IMG/VR virus record: IMGVR_UViG_3300042197_000642
Coordinates: 1-64,000 of that record
Source: a virus
Direction: 5' to 3' (one strand)
Length of the DNA: 64,000 nucleotides
Part shown: positions 1 to 8,321 of the stretch, in pieces
How the letters are laid out: the number at the start of each line of letters is the position of its first letter
How positions within the stretch are numbered: position 1 is the stretch's first letter
Translations under genes and position numbers: made by a program
The notes under the pieces: model-generated
Seen by the model: only the letters and a program-made list of their open reading frames with translations
What the model was told of the DNA's origin: nothing
The model's database searches: none

Positions 1-2
1 CA

Positions 3-467
3 CAAGCCGTTCATCAAAGTGATGAGTGGCAAGCCAACCTATGTATGGGCATTACTCGTGCCTATATGGAAGGGATACATAACGATAGCAACCATGAACC
101 TAATGCTGACCAACTATCAGGACTAGGACTTGCTATCTACCTATCTTGGCTCAATAGTCAGATGTATGCGGTTATCAAGTTAATGGCTCTATTAGGGGGC
201 ACTACTGAGGACACCGATACATTGAAAGGTTTGGGTTTTATCCACAGACTATTTGCCCCACCCCCAGTAGCAATAGCCTTAAAGAACGCATATCTTAACC
301 TTAATACATTGGAACTTATGGAGAAAGATGTTGATGTATTCGAGGTATTAAAGACACAGATTAACTCTATGAGTATGAACGACTTCCGTAAGGTAATGGA
401 AAAAGAAGGCGTTTCGTTTGATGTTAATGATGTTCCCAACTTCCTAAAGGAGAAGGGTAATGGATAG
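3..467 (+). CDS. Hypothetical protein, probably 5'-truncated by the window edge
   Basis: Frame of ORF 45..467 is open back to position 3; no recognisable motif. Confidence 0.6.
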   Translation, partial: QAVHQSDEWQANLCMGITRAYMEGIHNDSNHEPNADQLSGLGLAIYLSWLNSQMYAVIKLMALLGGTTEDTDTLKGLGFIHRLFAPPPVAIALKNAYLNLNTLELMEKDVDVFEVLKTQINSMSMNDFRKVMEKEGVSFDVNDVPNFLKEKGNG

Positions 468-561
468 AGATATAGAGCAGGAAATACTAGAAATCGAGTT
501 AAACGCATGGCGCGAACTCGGTGAGCAACGCAGAAAAGAAAGAGAGGCAAATGGTGAGTAA
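460..561 (+). CDS. 33-aa hypothetical protein (MDRDIEQEILEIELNAWRELGEQRRKEREANGE), not in ORF track
   Basis: Manual translation; AAGGAGAAGGG RBS; overlaps both neighbouring genes. Confidence 0.5.
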   Translation: MDRDIEQEILEIELNAWRELGEQRRKEREANGE

Positions 562-778
562 GCCAAGCCTATCAATCTCAATAGACGAATACACAAGGGG
601 AGAGCCAATCCTATTTCGTATAGACGGCAATCCAGTTGTTAATCTTACTATTGACGAAGCCACAGAGTTGCGCGACCAGTTAGAGTTCGGTATTGTCCTC
701 TACAAGCAAGAACGCCGTAAAGTATTGACCCAAAAGATAGAGGAATACACGAAGGAGTTATCAGAAACCAATGTCTAG
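551..778 (+). CDS. Hypothetical protein (likely start MVSKPS at 551)
   Basis: ORF 521..778; GAGAGG precedes ATG 551. Confidence 0.6.
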   Translation: MVSKPSLSISIDEYTRGEPILFRIDGNPVVNLTIDEATELRDQLEFGIVLYKQERRKVLTQKIEEYTKELSETNV

Positions 779-992
779 AGCCGAGCCCTCAATGGGGAAG
801 GTTGTTCCTTCCCACGCATGTCCCCGTTGTGGGCAAAGCAAAGATGTTATATATACGAGGCCTAGCATTAAGTATGGAAATGTATATTTCTGCCAGCCTT
901 GTGATGAAGGTGGCCCCACACCTGAGAGGCCTAACAGAAGCGACGGACACTTCTATGTAGGCAAAAGAGGGCTAACAACAGAGCGTTGGTAA
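771..992 (+). CDS. Small Zn-ribbon protein
   Basis: CPRC...CQPC pairs; overlaps upstream stop. Confidence 0.55.
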   Translation: MSRAEPSMGKVVPSHACPRCGQSKDVIYTRPSIKYGNVYFCQPCDEGGPTPERPNRSDGHFYVGKRGLTTERW

Positions 993-1025
993 TTAACGCT
1001 ATACAGAGAGATAGGATTACCACAC

Positions 1026-1145
1026 ATGAAATGCCAAGCAAAATGCGAGTTTGATTTAGATATGGACGGCCAAGTAACCTGTGTAATGTGTGGCGCAAGA
1101 ACCCCAGAGTGGGGCCAACAACCTCCTGTTGAGTTCGAGGAGTAA
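1026..1145 (+). CDS. 39-aa Cys-containing microprotein (MKCQAKCEFDLDMDGQVTCVMCGART...)
   Basis: Manual translation; CxxxC and CxxC. Confidence 0.45.
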   Translation: MKCQAKCEFDLDMDGQVTCVMCGARTPEWGQQPPVEFEE

Positions 1146-1259
1146 TTTGTTTGTGTTGACCCACCCACCCACTACCTGAAAAAGACAAGCAGAAGCAGCT
1201 AAAGCTGCTACCCAACACAAACTCGCGCTCAGTTTTGTCCTATCCTTGACAAAACGCCA

Positions 1260-1292
1260 AAATGAGAGTAATGGGGCGCAAATGAGAGTAAT
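1260..1292. repeat. 13-bp direct repeat AAATGAGAGTAAT x2 (20-bp period) just downstream of TTGACA
   Basis: Copies at 1260-1272 and 1280-1292; TTGACA at 1246-1251. Confidence 0.8.
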
Positions 1293-1484
1293 AAGACCCA
1301 CAGATAGAAGCTAATCGATCCGACAAGGGTCAAAGCGCATGCCAATTCGGCTACTGCCCACAAGCAGAGAGAGGTCATAGGCGCACAGCCACTCCTACAC
1401 GCTCTCCCTGCCCTACCTAGCAGATATAAGCCCCTTCCCCCTCTATATATAGGCAGAGAGAGATGAGTGCTTGCGCCCCGACCC

Positions 1485-1531
1485 GACACGCTTGCGCTCT
1501 CGTTGCTTCCAATGGTGTTATTCGATAGTAT
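1485..1531 (+). promoter_or_regulatory. Sigma-70-type promoter with upstream GACACGCTT motif
   Basis: TTGCTT(1503)-17 nt-TAGTAT(1526); GACACGCTT at 1485; same architecture at 6517-6562. Confidence 0.6.
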
Positions 1532-1570
1532 CGCCCTTACCCAAATGGGTATATACGAAAGGGAAAACAA

Positions 1571-2938
1571 ATGCTCGCAATATGTATAGAAACACAGGAA
1601 GCAGAGGCACGACTTCAAACTATCGTGTTCCCTACTTCCAATGATGTGTCCATACTCCACCGCACTTTTACAGGTGAACGAGGTCGAGGACAGACATGGC
1701 GTAAGACAGAGGTAGAAAACCTACCTACCGCACCAATAACTAAATCACCATGCGCCGTAGTAATTACAGGCAGGGATATGGAATTGGTCGCTCAAAACCA
1801 ATTCACTAATCTAGGTGTTCGTGCTACTTCCGCACTAGATACCGCCCAAGAAATATCCGTAGAAAAATCTCACAAAGAGGTGGTCGAGGAGTTTATTGGT
1901 CGTCTATTCGAGGGCGATATGAGCCTCAATGATTACCTAGTAGATAAGCGATACTCAAATGGGGTCGCTATCAAACCTATACAAAAATCCGCAGTAATGG
2001 AAATACCAACTAATCAAAGCGCACCAACTATCAGGGCTACCAATTATGAAGTTAGCAATATAAATGAAATGGTAGTAGTTCCTGATATTAAATGGAGTAA
2101 GGAATATGTAAATCGTAAAGTCGGCGGAATTAAGGAGTTCGATATTTACGATAAAGCCATGATGAACCATGAGAATATCCTTATCGAAGGTCATGCTGGA
2201 AGTGGTAAGACCATGAGTGTTATCGCCTACGCAAGTGCGAGAGGGTATCGCTACTACAATGTATCTAGCCATATTGGATTAGAAGCAAGCCAATTATTCG
2301 GCAAGTGGATACCAACCGCAGACGGACACTTTAAGTGGCAAGACGGCGCAGTTAGCGAGATAGTTCGTAATGGTGGTGTATTACTACTTAACGAAATCAA
2401 CTTCATACCTGAACGAGTATCAACAGTATTATTCTCACTATTAGACGATAGACGAGAAATACAACTAATGGATAATGGTGGCGAAGTAATTAAGGCTCAC
2501 ACCGACCTACTAATCGTGGGCGATATGAACCCTAACTATCGTGGCACTCGACCAATGAACCAAGCATGGAAAGACCGCTTCCACCATGTATTAGAGTTCC
2601 CTTATGAAGTATCTATCGAACGCAAGTTATTAAAATCAAATGCGCTAATTACAATGGCTAATCAACTACGAACTCAATTTGAGAACGAGGAAATTACAAC
2701 TCCAATATCAACTCGTTCGTTAGTATCGCTAGTAAGAAACGCAAAGCAATTCGGTATCGAATACGCACTTTACAGTTATACAAATAAGTTCGATATACAT
2801 GAACGCAACGCAGTTAAGTTAGTATGCGATACACACAAAGTAAATATCTGCCAAGACTTAGATATTGAAATAGCGATACCTCAAACTCAATTAGAGGAAA
2901 CAACTATTGAAGTAATTACAAGTGAGGCGATTAACTAA
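1571..2938 (+). CDS. MoxR-family (CobS/CbbQ/NorQ-like) AAA+ ATPase
   Basis: Walker A GHAGSGKT; Walker B variant LLLNEIN; MNPNYRGT..NQAWKDRF; ISTRSL. Confidence 0.88.
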   Translation: MLAICIETQEAEARLQTIVFPTSNDVSILHRTFTGERGRGQTWRKTEVENLPTAPITKSPCAVVITGRDMELVAQNQFTNLGVRATSALDTAQEISVEKSHKEVVEEFIGRLFEGDMSLNDYLVDKRYSNGVAIKPIQKSAVMEIPTNQSAPTIRATNYEVSNINEMVVVPDIKWSKEYVNRKVGGIKEFDIYDKAMMNHENILIEGHAGSGKTMSVIAYASARGYRYYNVSSHIGLEASQLFGKWIPTADGHFKWQDGAVSEIVRNGGVLLLNEINFIPERVSTVLFSLLDDRREIQLMDNGGEVIKAHTDLLIVGDMNPNYRGTRPMNQAWKDRFHHVLEFPYEVSIERKLLKSNALITMANQLRTQFENEEITTPISTRSLVSLVRNAKQFGIEYALYSYTNKFDIHERNAVKLVCDTHKVNICQDLDIEIAIPQTQLEETTIEVITSEAIN

Positions 2939-4857
2939 TGAAGTTCAAAAACTCTGAATTATTAGATATGGAGTTCCGTCAATTATGGAACGAAACTCCT
3001 GAGGAGTTATCAGAACGCCATGATGAGAAGCAACAACATATTGCTGAACTCAACAGTATTGCCAATGTATATACAAAGGCAGACCGCATATTGGTAGGTA
3101 ATGAAATTACTTGCCATGTAGTCGAGAACGAGGAATACAAAGAAGCCATGCCAACAGGGGCGTGGTCTGACGGCAAAAATATCTACTTCAATTCTGACTT
3201 AATAGATGAAGTAGATGAAGCCTCACTCGTATCGCTTCATGGACTTAATTACCATGAACTTGCTCATGTATTATATTCACCAAGAAGTTCAAGTGAAATA
3301 ACTCAATGGGCTAAGATTAACAATTACGGAAAGTCTTTCAATGTATTAGAGGAAGCGAGAATTGAAACTTTACTTACAACAAAGTATCCAAGCACTCGTA
3401 TATTCCTAGAAGCAACAACACTTCAATATCTATTAGACCGACCAAAAGATGAGTGGGCAGACGCTTACCCAATTATGGTGGGTAGAAAATATGTAGATAT
3501 AGAGTGGCGTGAAATCACAGGAAATCTATTCTCTCGTAAATATGGATTACCACTAGCAATAGAAATTACCGATATAGTAAATAAATATCGAACACTCGTA
3601 TTCCCCGACGATTACGCTATTGCTAAAACTCTAATCGAAAGATTAGGGCAGATAATCAACGGCAACCTTCAACTACCTGAAACCAAAACATGCGTATCAC
3701 GACCAAGTATGGACAAGGGCAGACCTGAGGGAAAGCGTGAGCAACAACGCTTACAAGATATGGCAAAAGGTAAATCTGAAACTGACCCACAACTAAATGG
3801 GGAAGGCGCAGATAAAGGTAAAGGCGAGGAATTAAATCCTAATACCGAATTAGATAGCAAAGATATTAACGCTGGACTATCTGATAACGAAAAGGAATTG
3901 CTGAAGCAGAAGTTAGAAAAGATAATTAACTCCAAAGATGTAAAGAACGAGTTAAAGAATACGCAAAAAGCAATAAGCAAAGCCTCACACAGAAACTCAT
4001 TACCAAAGGCAGGACTAACTCATAACGCAACTCCAACTACTGAAATGCGTGGCGTAGCAAAACGCTTCGCTGACGAATTGGAAAGATTACGAGTAGAAGC
4101 CGACCCTTCATGGGAACAAGAAACTCCAAGTGGTAGGCTTAACATAGGTCGAGCCATGAAGCGAGATATAAATAACCTTAATCGAGTATTCGATAGGTGG
4201 GAGTTCAATTCAGATAATACGGATATAGAAGCAGTAATCCTATTAGATAGAAGTGGCTCAATGTGGAATATGAAGTCGGTGTGTGAAAGCGCATGGGCTA
4301 TCAAGCGAGCAGTAGAAAGAATAAATGGGAAAGTAGCAATTTATTCCTTCAACCACAATAGCCGAACTCTCTATCGTGCTGACGAAAAAGCAAATCCAAA
4401 TGTAGTTAGAGCGATACAAAGTAATGGTGGCACAGACCCATATCAAGGGCTACTGGAAGCCGAACGAGTATTCAACGCAACTACCGCCCCGACCAAGTTA
4501 TTGTTTATCCTAACAGACGGCGAGTGGGCTAATGATGAAGCGTGTGATACTACTATCAAACGCCTAAACCAAAATGATGTCGAAAGTATTGTGGTGTATC
4601 TAGGAACGCTAGATGTAGCCATGACCTACGAACAATGGAGTGAACACCAATTAAGGTGGGTAGATAAAAACAATGCTGAGGCAGTAGCGGAAGCCACCAA
4701 AGATATAAATGAAACTAAATATCAAGAATACAAATCGTATTATGATATTAACAGATACAAACATAACGCTAAATACTTCCGAGCGATTACAAAACCCACA
4801 GACTTAGTTCAAGTAGCGAGGGATATAACTAAGTCAAAACTAAAGGTCGCTCGGTAA
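2938..4857 (+). CDS. CobT-like VWA protein with N-terminal HExxH domain (MoxR partner)
   Basis: HELAHV, NVLEEARIE, SGRLN, MIDAS DRSGS..GGT..ILTDG; TAATG coupling to ATPase. Confidence 0.85.
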   Translation: MKFKNSELLDMEFRQLWNETPEELSERHDEKQQHIAELNSIANVYTKADRILVGNEITCHVVENEEYKEAMPTGAWSDGKNIYFNSDLIDEVDEASLVSLHGLNYHELAHVLYSPRSSSEITQWAKINNYGKSFNVLEEARIETLLTTKYPSTRIFLEATTLQYLLDRPKDEWADAYPIMVGRKYVDIEWREITGNLFSRKYGLPLAIEITDIVNKYRTLVFPDDYAIAKTLIERLGQIINGNLQLPETKTCVSRPSMDKGRPEGKREQQRLQDMAKGKSETDPQLNGEGADKGKGEELNPNTELDSKDINAGLSDNEKELLKQKLEKIINSKDVKNELKNTQKAISKASHRNSLPKAGLTHNATPTTEMRGVAKRFADELERLRVEADPSWEQETPSGRLNIGRAMKRDINNLNRVFDRWEFNSDNTDIEAVILLDRSGSMWNMKSVCESAWAIKRAVERINGKVAIYSFNHNSRTLYRADEKANPNVVRAIQSNGGTDPYQGLLEAERVFNATTAPTKLLFILTDGEWANDEACDTTIKRLNQNDVESIVVYLGTLDVAMTYEQWSEHQLRWVDKNNAEAVAEATKDINETKYQEYKSYYDINRYKHNAKYFRAITKPTDLVQVARDITKSKLKVAR

Positions 4858-4862
4858 TGAAA

Positions 4863-4952
4863 GTGAGGCGTGGCTTATTCCCTTCGTATAGTTATCTGCC
4901 ACGCCTCACCCTATTTGATAAGCCTAATACTTCCACTCTATTAGGCTTATCA
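4863..4952 (+). repeat. Two tandem perfect hairpins (12-bp and 14-bp stems)
   Basis: GTGAGGCGTGGC 4863-74 / GCCACGCCTCAC 4898-4909; TGATAAGCCTAATA 4916-29 / TATTAGGCTTATCA 4939-52. Confidence 0.85.
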
Positions 4953-5050
4953 CTTCCCTATCTCTTAGCCTTATCACACAGAATAGGCTTGCCAACACAA
5001 ACAAACCAAACGCTCTACGGAAAGGGCATAGTAAAGGTTGAGGGTGGAAA

Positions 5051-5290
5051 GTGATAGAAACAATTACGACAATAGCAGGTTCAATTACCATAACCTTAAT
5101 TGGAGTGGGGATTTACAACAGATTTAAGCAAAGCGCAATAATTAAAAACAACGAACTTATGAAAGGCGTTAAAGGCTGGCAGAACTTTTATGAGAAAGCA
5201 GAAGCAATAAGAAGGAAAACTGAGTTAGAGAGGAGAGAAAAAGAGAGAGGCAGGTCGGAGAGGTTAGATGAACTTACGAGAGAGTTGTGA
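5051..5290 (+). CDS. Small membrane-anchored protein
   Basis: N-terminal hydrophobic helix, charged helical tail; GTG start. Confidence 0.55.
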   Translation: MIETITTIAGSITITLIGVGIYNRFKQSAIIKNNELMKGVKGWQNFYEKAEAIRRKTELERREKERGRSERLDELTREL

Positions 5291-5302
5291 GAGTATTCGC
5301 CC

Positions 5303-5491
5303 ATGCCTTTATTTCATATTAGCCGAGAGGAAAGACATATTTACTATTTAAGTATTGAAGCAGATAGTAAAGAGGAAGCACTACTTGAAGCGGATACAGA
5401 TTTTATGTATTATGAGCCAAACGAGATTATGCCCGACAACACCAATGTTAGGTATATAGCACAGGAAGTAGTCAAACTAGATGAATTGTAA
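5303..5491 (+). CDS. Small acidic hypothetical protein
   Basis: IEADSKEEAL motif common in small phage proteins. Confidence 0.6.
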   Translation: MPLFHISREERHIYYLSIEADSKEEALLEADTDFMYYEPNEIMPDNTNVRYIAQEVVKLDEL

Positions 5492-5720
5492 AAACCACGA
5501 TATTAACGAGTGCGAGGCTTGCTATTCCCCTGAAACAGAAGCCAATGAAAATGCGACTTATCTAATTACAGAGCAGAAGCAGACCGCTAGTAATCGTGAG
5601 TATTATGGCAAGTTAATGCGTAAGCACCTTGCCGACCTACAAGAAAAGTATTCTGACCATGCTGAGATAAAGCATGAGTTAGATGTAATAGCAGACTATC
5701 TATTCTATTTATACGAATAG
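5481..5720 (+). CDS. Hypothetical protein
   Basis: ORF in tightly packed run; N-terminal CxxH..CxxC. Confidence 0.55.
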   Translation: MNCKNHDINECEACYSPETEANENATYLITEQKQTASNREYYGKLMRKHLADLQEKYSDHAEIKHELDVIADYLFYLYE

Positions 5721-5744
5721 ACTACACAGAGAGAAGGAAAACAA

Positions 5745-6335
5745 ATGGGGCTAGACATGTATCTATATGCTGAAAAGTATATATCATCATCAGACGCTTT
5801 CAAAAAAGACGACCCAAAGAAATACCAAGCAATACTGGAAACCGCAGAAATGGATAATTTGCCAAAGAGCGATTATGGAAACATAATGGTTAAATCACAA
5901 GTTGGATACTGGCGCAAGGCTAATGCTATTCATGGTTGGTTCGTTCGTGAGTGTGCCAATGGTGTAGATGAGTGCCAAGAAATATATGTAAGTGCTGAGA
6001 AGTTAATTGAACTTAGAGATGAGTGCGTTAAAGCGTTAGCCAATAGGCACAATGCTACCAAGCCAATAGAAGCCGATTATGTTCATAAGTTAGACGGAGA
6101 AAACTCTGAGGACATTATGAAACTTATTGTTGATAGTATGAAACGGCAAAGTGAGAAATCAAATACAAAGTTAGAGGACACACTAGACCCACTAGCACCG
6201 ACCACAGGGTTCTTTTTCGGTAGTGCTGAGAAAGATGAATACTATTACAAAGACCTTGAATATACAGTTGAACTAGTTAATTCCTTATTAACGAATAAAG
6301 ACGACTATTCTTTTATTTACAGAGCAAGTTGGTAA
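5745..6335 (+). CDS. Conserved phage hypothetical protein
   Basis: MGLDMYL..YWRKANAIHGWF..DEC..GFFFG..YRASW signature; GAAGGAAAA RBS. Confidence 0.8.
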   Translation: MGLDMYLYAEKYISSSDAFKKDDPKKYQAILETAEMDNLPKSDYGNIMVKSQVGYWRKANAIHGWFVRECANGVDECQEIYVSAEKLIELRDECVKALANRHNATKPIEADYVHKLDGENSEDIMKLIVDSMKRQSEKSNTKLEDTLDPLAPTTGFFFGSAEKDEYYYKDLEYTVELVNSLLTNKDDYSFIYRASW

Positions 6336-6342
6336 GCCTCAA

Positions 6343-6498
6343 ATGAAACGCTACGGGGTTCAAACCAAAATCGTTATGGAAAGTGAGTGGGTTGCTGAAA
6401 CCCCTGAGGAAGCGGTAGCCTTAGCAGACGAGTGGCTTAGAGATACCTATGGAGATATAAACTACAAAGCCAATTACTTCGCAAGGGAGTTATCTTAA
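6343..6498 (+). CDS. 51-aa hypothetical protein (MKRYGVQTKIVMESEWVAETPEEAVALA...)
   Basis: Manual translation; AETPEEA motif resembles ORF 5303. Confidence 0.55.
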   Translation: MKRYGVQTKIVMESEWVAETPEEAVALADEWLRDTYGDINYKANYFARELS

Positions 6499-6516
6499 TT
6501 CAAACCCGATATTGAC

Positions 6517-6562
6517 GACACGCTTCCCTACTATTGGGCTTCCAAGCAACAAGTAGTAGGAT
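6517..6562 (+). promoter_or_regulatory. Promoter with upstream GACACGCTT motif
   Basis: GACACGCTT 6517; TTGGGC(6534)-17 nt-TAGGAT(6557); shares GCTTCCAA with the 1485 promoter. Confidence 0.55.
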
Positions 6563-6597
6563 AAGCACTAATCCGCAAGTCTAGACAAGGAGAGCAA

Positions 6598-6906
6598 ATG
6601 GCAAGAAAAGTAAATAAGCGTTTCAAGGCAGACCTGACCTTGAACAAAGAGCGCGGTGGCGCATGGCTCGCCACGATTTGTTTGTGTAGGGTCGCAGTTG
6701 ATGAAATGGGTTCTCCCAATGAAATAACTGAGATAGCCTCTGTAAGCGCATGGAAAAATGCGTCTGCTGGAAAGAAATACATTAAGGCAAAAGTTCAAGA
6801 ATTAACACCACGCAAGAGCGTGAAACTTGTTGCTGGCAACGAAACTAACGAGAAAGGTAAGCCTATCGCTTTTAGCGGTAGCCTAGACTTCAGAGTAGAG
6901 GCGTAA
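6598..6906 (+). CDS. Basic hypothetical protein
   Basis: AAGGAG RBS; own promoter. Confidence 0.7.
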   Translation: MARKVNKRFKADLTLNKERGGAWLATICLCRVAVDEMGSPNEITEIASVSAWKNASAGKKYIKAKVQELTPRKSVKLVAGNETNEKGKPIAFSGSLDFRVEA

Positions 6907-7004
6907 TGGAGAGAGATAGTTTTGACCCAAAGATAGTCCCTTCAATTCCTGATGAGGAGATTTGGGAAGAAGAAGATGATGAGGAACTATGGGAAGATGA
7001 TTAG
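6906..7004 (+). CDS. 32-aa highly acidic microprotein (MERDSFDPKIVPSIPDEEIWEEEDDEELWEDD)
   Basis: Manual translation; TAATG coupling to upstream gene. Confidence 0.55.
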   Translation: MERDSFDPKIVPSIPDEEIWEEEDDEELWEDD

Positions 7005-7012
7005 GAGAGTTA

Positions 7013-7111
7013 ATGATTAACGCCATGTGGCAATTACAAATACTAGTTCAAGAATTAGAGTTTTGGAAGTTAGTATTAGAAATCTTTACACAGTTAAATA
7101 TAACGCTATAA
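7013..7111 (+). CDS. 32-aa amphipathic microprotein
   Basis: Manual translation; AGGAGAG RBS. Confidence 0.4.
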   Translation: MINAMWQLQILVQELEFWKLVLEIFTQLNITL

Positions 7112-7135
7112 GACTTCCATAAGGAAGATAAGGGG

Positions 7136-7171
7136 AAGCCCCTGCCACTCTCTCTGTTGGCAGGGGCTTTT
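7136..7171. terminator. Terminator hairpin between converging gene blocks
   Basis: AAGCCCCTGCCA / TGGCAGGGGCTT 12-bp stem, short T-run on + side. Confidence 0.8.
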
Positions 7172-7733
7172 ACTTTCCTGGAAGCCAAAGCGTATCGCCT
7201 TGTTCTCTATTCTCATATCGGGCTAACACAAATAACAAATCGGATAGTCGGTTTAAGTATTTTGCTGTTAAAGGATTTACACCTTCACCAAAGCCGTTAA
7301 TTGCTTGCCAAGCCCTTCGCTCTGCTCTGCGAACAATGGTTCTGGCTACATGGAGATGGGAAGATGCTGCCGAGCCTGAAGGGAGTATGAAAGAGCGTAA
7401 AGATTCTAGATTTGAATTGTATATATCGATTTGATTTTCAAGATAATCTATTTGTTCTTGTGTAATTCTAAGGGGAACTATCTCTGGAGCTTCAACAACC
7501 GGAGTGGAGAGGTCAGCCCCAATATCGAACATATTGTTCTGTATTGTGAGTAGTAATTTCCTAATATCCGAATTGGTTATATGGAGAAGTGCTACCCCAA
7601 TGTAAGAGTTTGCTTCATCCACTGTGGCAAACGCTTCAAGACGAGTATCTGTTTTAGAAGTTCGACTCATGTCTCCAAGAGAGGTTGTTCCATCATCGCC
7701 TGTCTTTGTGTATATACGAGTTAGATGAACCAT
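7170..7733 (-). CDS. pduO: PduO-type ATP:cob(I)alamin adenosyltransferase
   Basis: IYTKTGDDGTT, VDEANS, FILPSG, HVARTIVRRAER, YLNRLSDLLF; start MVHLTR at 7733. Confidence 0.93.
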   Translation of the reverse strand: MVHLTRIYTKTGDDGTTSLGDMSRTSKTDTRLEAFATVDEANSYIGVALLHITNSDIRKLLLTIQNNMFDIGADLSTPVVEAPEIVPLRITQEQIDYLENQIDIYNSNLESLRSFILPSGSAASSHLHVARTIVRRAERRAWQAINGFGEGVNPLTAKYLNRLSDLLFVLARYENREQGDTLWLPGK

Positions 7734-7867
7734 TAGTGCCCAGTCAAGGAACGCCAAATGTCTATTGTTTTAGCGTTGGCTATATATAAACATAATAGGG
7801 TTAAAGAAAGTTGAACTATTACTTTGTAAGAAGACTTTTGTTCTACATGTTTATCTAATAGTTTCAT
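7733..7867 (-). CDS. 44-aa putative single-pass membrane protein (MKLLDKHVEQKSSYKVIVQLSLTLLCLYIANAKTIDIWRSLTGH)
   Basis: Manual translation; ATGA and TAATG overlaps with both neighbours. Confidence 0.6.
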   Translation of the reverse strand: MKLLDKHVEQKSSYKVIVQLSLTLLCLYIANAKTIDIWRSLTGH

Positions 7868-8319
7868 GGGAACTTTAACTCTCCTTTAGGACCAGTCCAA
7901 ACTAACCCTATTGAATCTCCAGGATTTAAGTATTGTTGGTCTATAGCAAGTTGTCCCCAACCCCATTCTTTTCTTGGAAATGGTATAACTTGTTTTTCTT
8001 TAATAATGATTGCCCAGTATGCTTCGGCTGGCGGCATGACTTCACAGGATTCAACAGTTTCATTTGGTAATCCATTTACTCGACAGATAACGCCATTACC
8101 ATACTTTTTTGTGCCTTCAATTTGAAGGTTGGCTTCTTTTAATACCTCTAAAGCATTTGTTTTAGTAGATGTATCAACACAAGTTGTTAACTTTGTATTG
8201 TTATCTAGTTGACCATAATCAACATACAAATTTACACATGAATCATTTGAGGAGTTTGTCGAAGACCAGACTCCGATCACAAGACCCGTGGCTATAACGA
8301 ATAGTAGTCCTTTTTTCAT
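7864..8319 (-). CDS. Exported or membrane-anchored protein resembling DUF4430/SCO2322-like putative cobalamin-binding domains
   Basis: Signal/TM N-terminus; VDYG..C..GT..YG..ICRVNGLP..C...PPA.AYW pattern; lies between nrdJ and pduO. Confidence 0.55.
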   Translation of the reverse strand: MKKGLLFVIATGLVIGVWSSTNSSNDSCVNLYVDYGQLDNNTKLTTCVDTSTKTNALEVLKEANLQIEGTKKYGNGVICRVNGLPNETVESCEVMPPAEAYWAIIIKEKQVIPFPRKEWGWGQLAIDQQYLNPGDSIGLVWTGPKGELKFP

Positions 8320-8321
8320 AA

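Noticed and set aside
1571-4857. True cobaltochelatase CobST as part of the B12 module
   Set aside because: No CobN, opposite strand, separate expression block; such pairs are widespread in phages without B12 genes.
4857-5054. 65-aa ORF after the VWA gene
   Set aside because: Overlies two perfect hairpins and has no protein-like features; more likely non-coding, though the TAATG overlap means it cannot be excluded.
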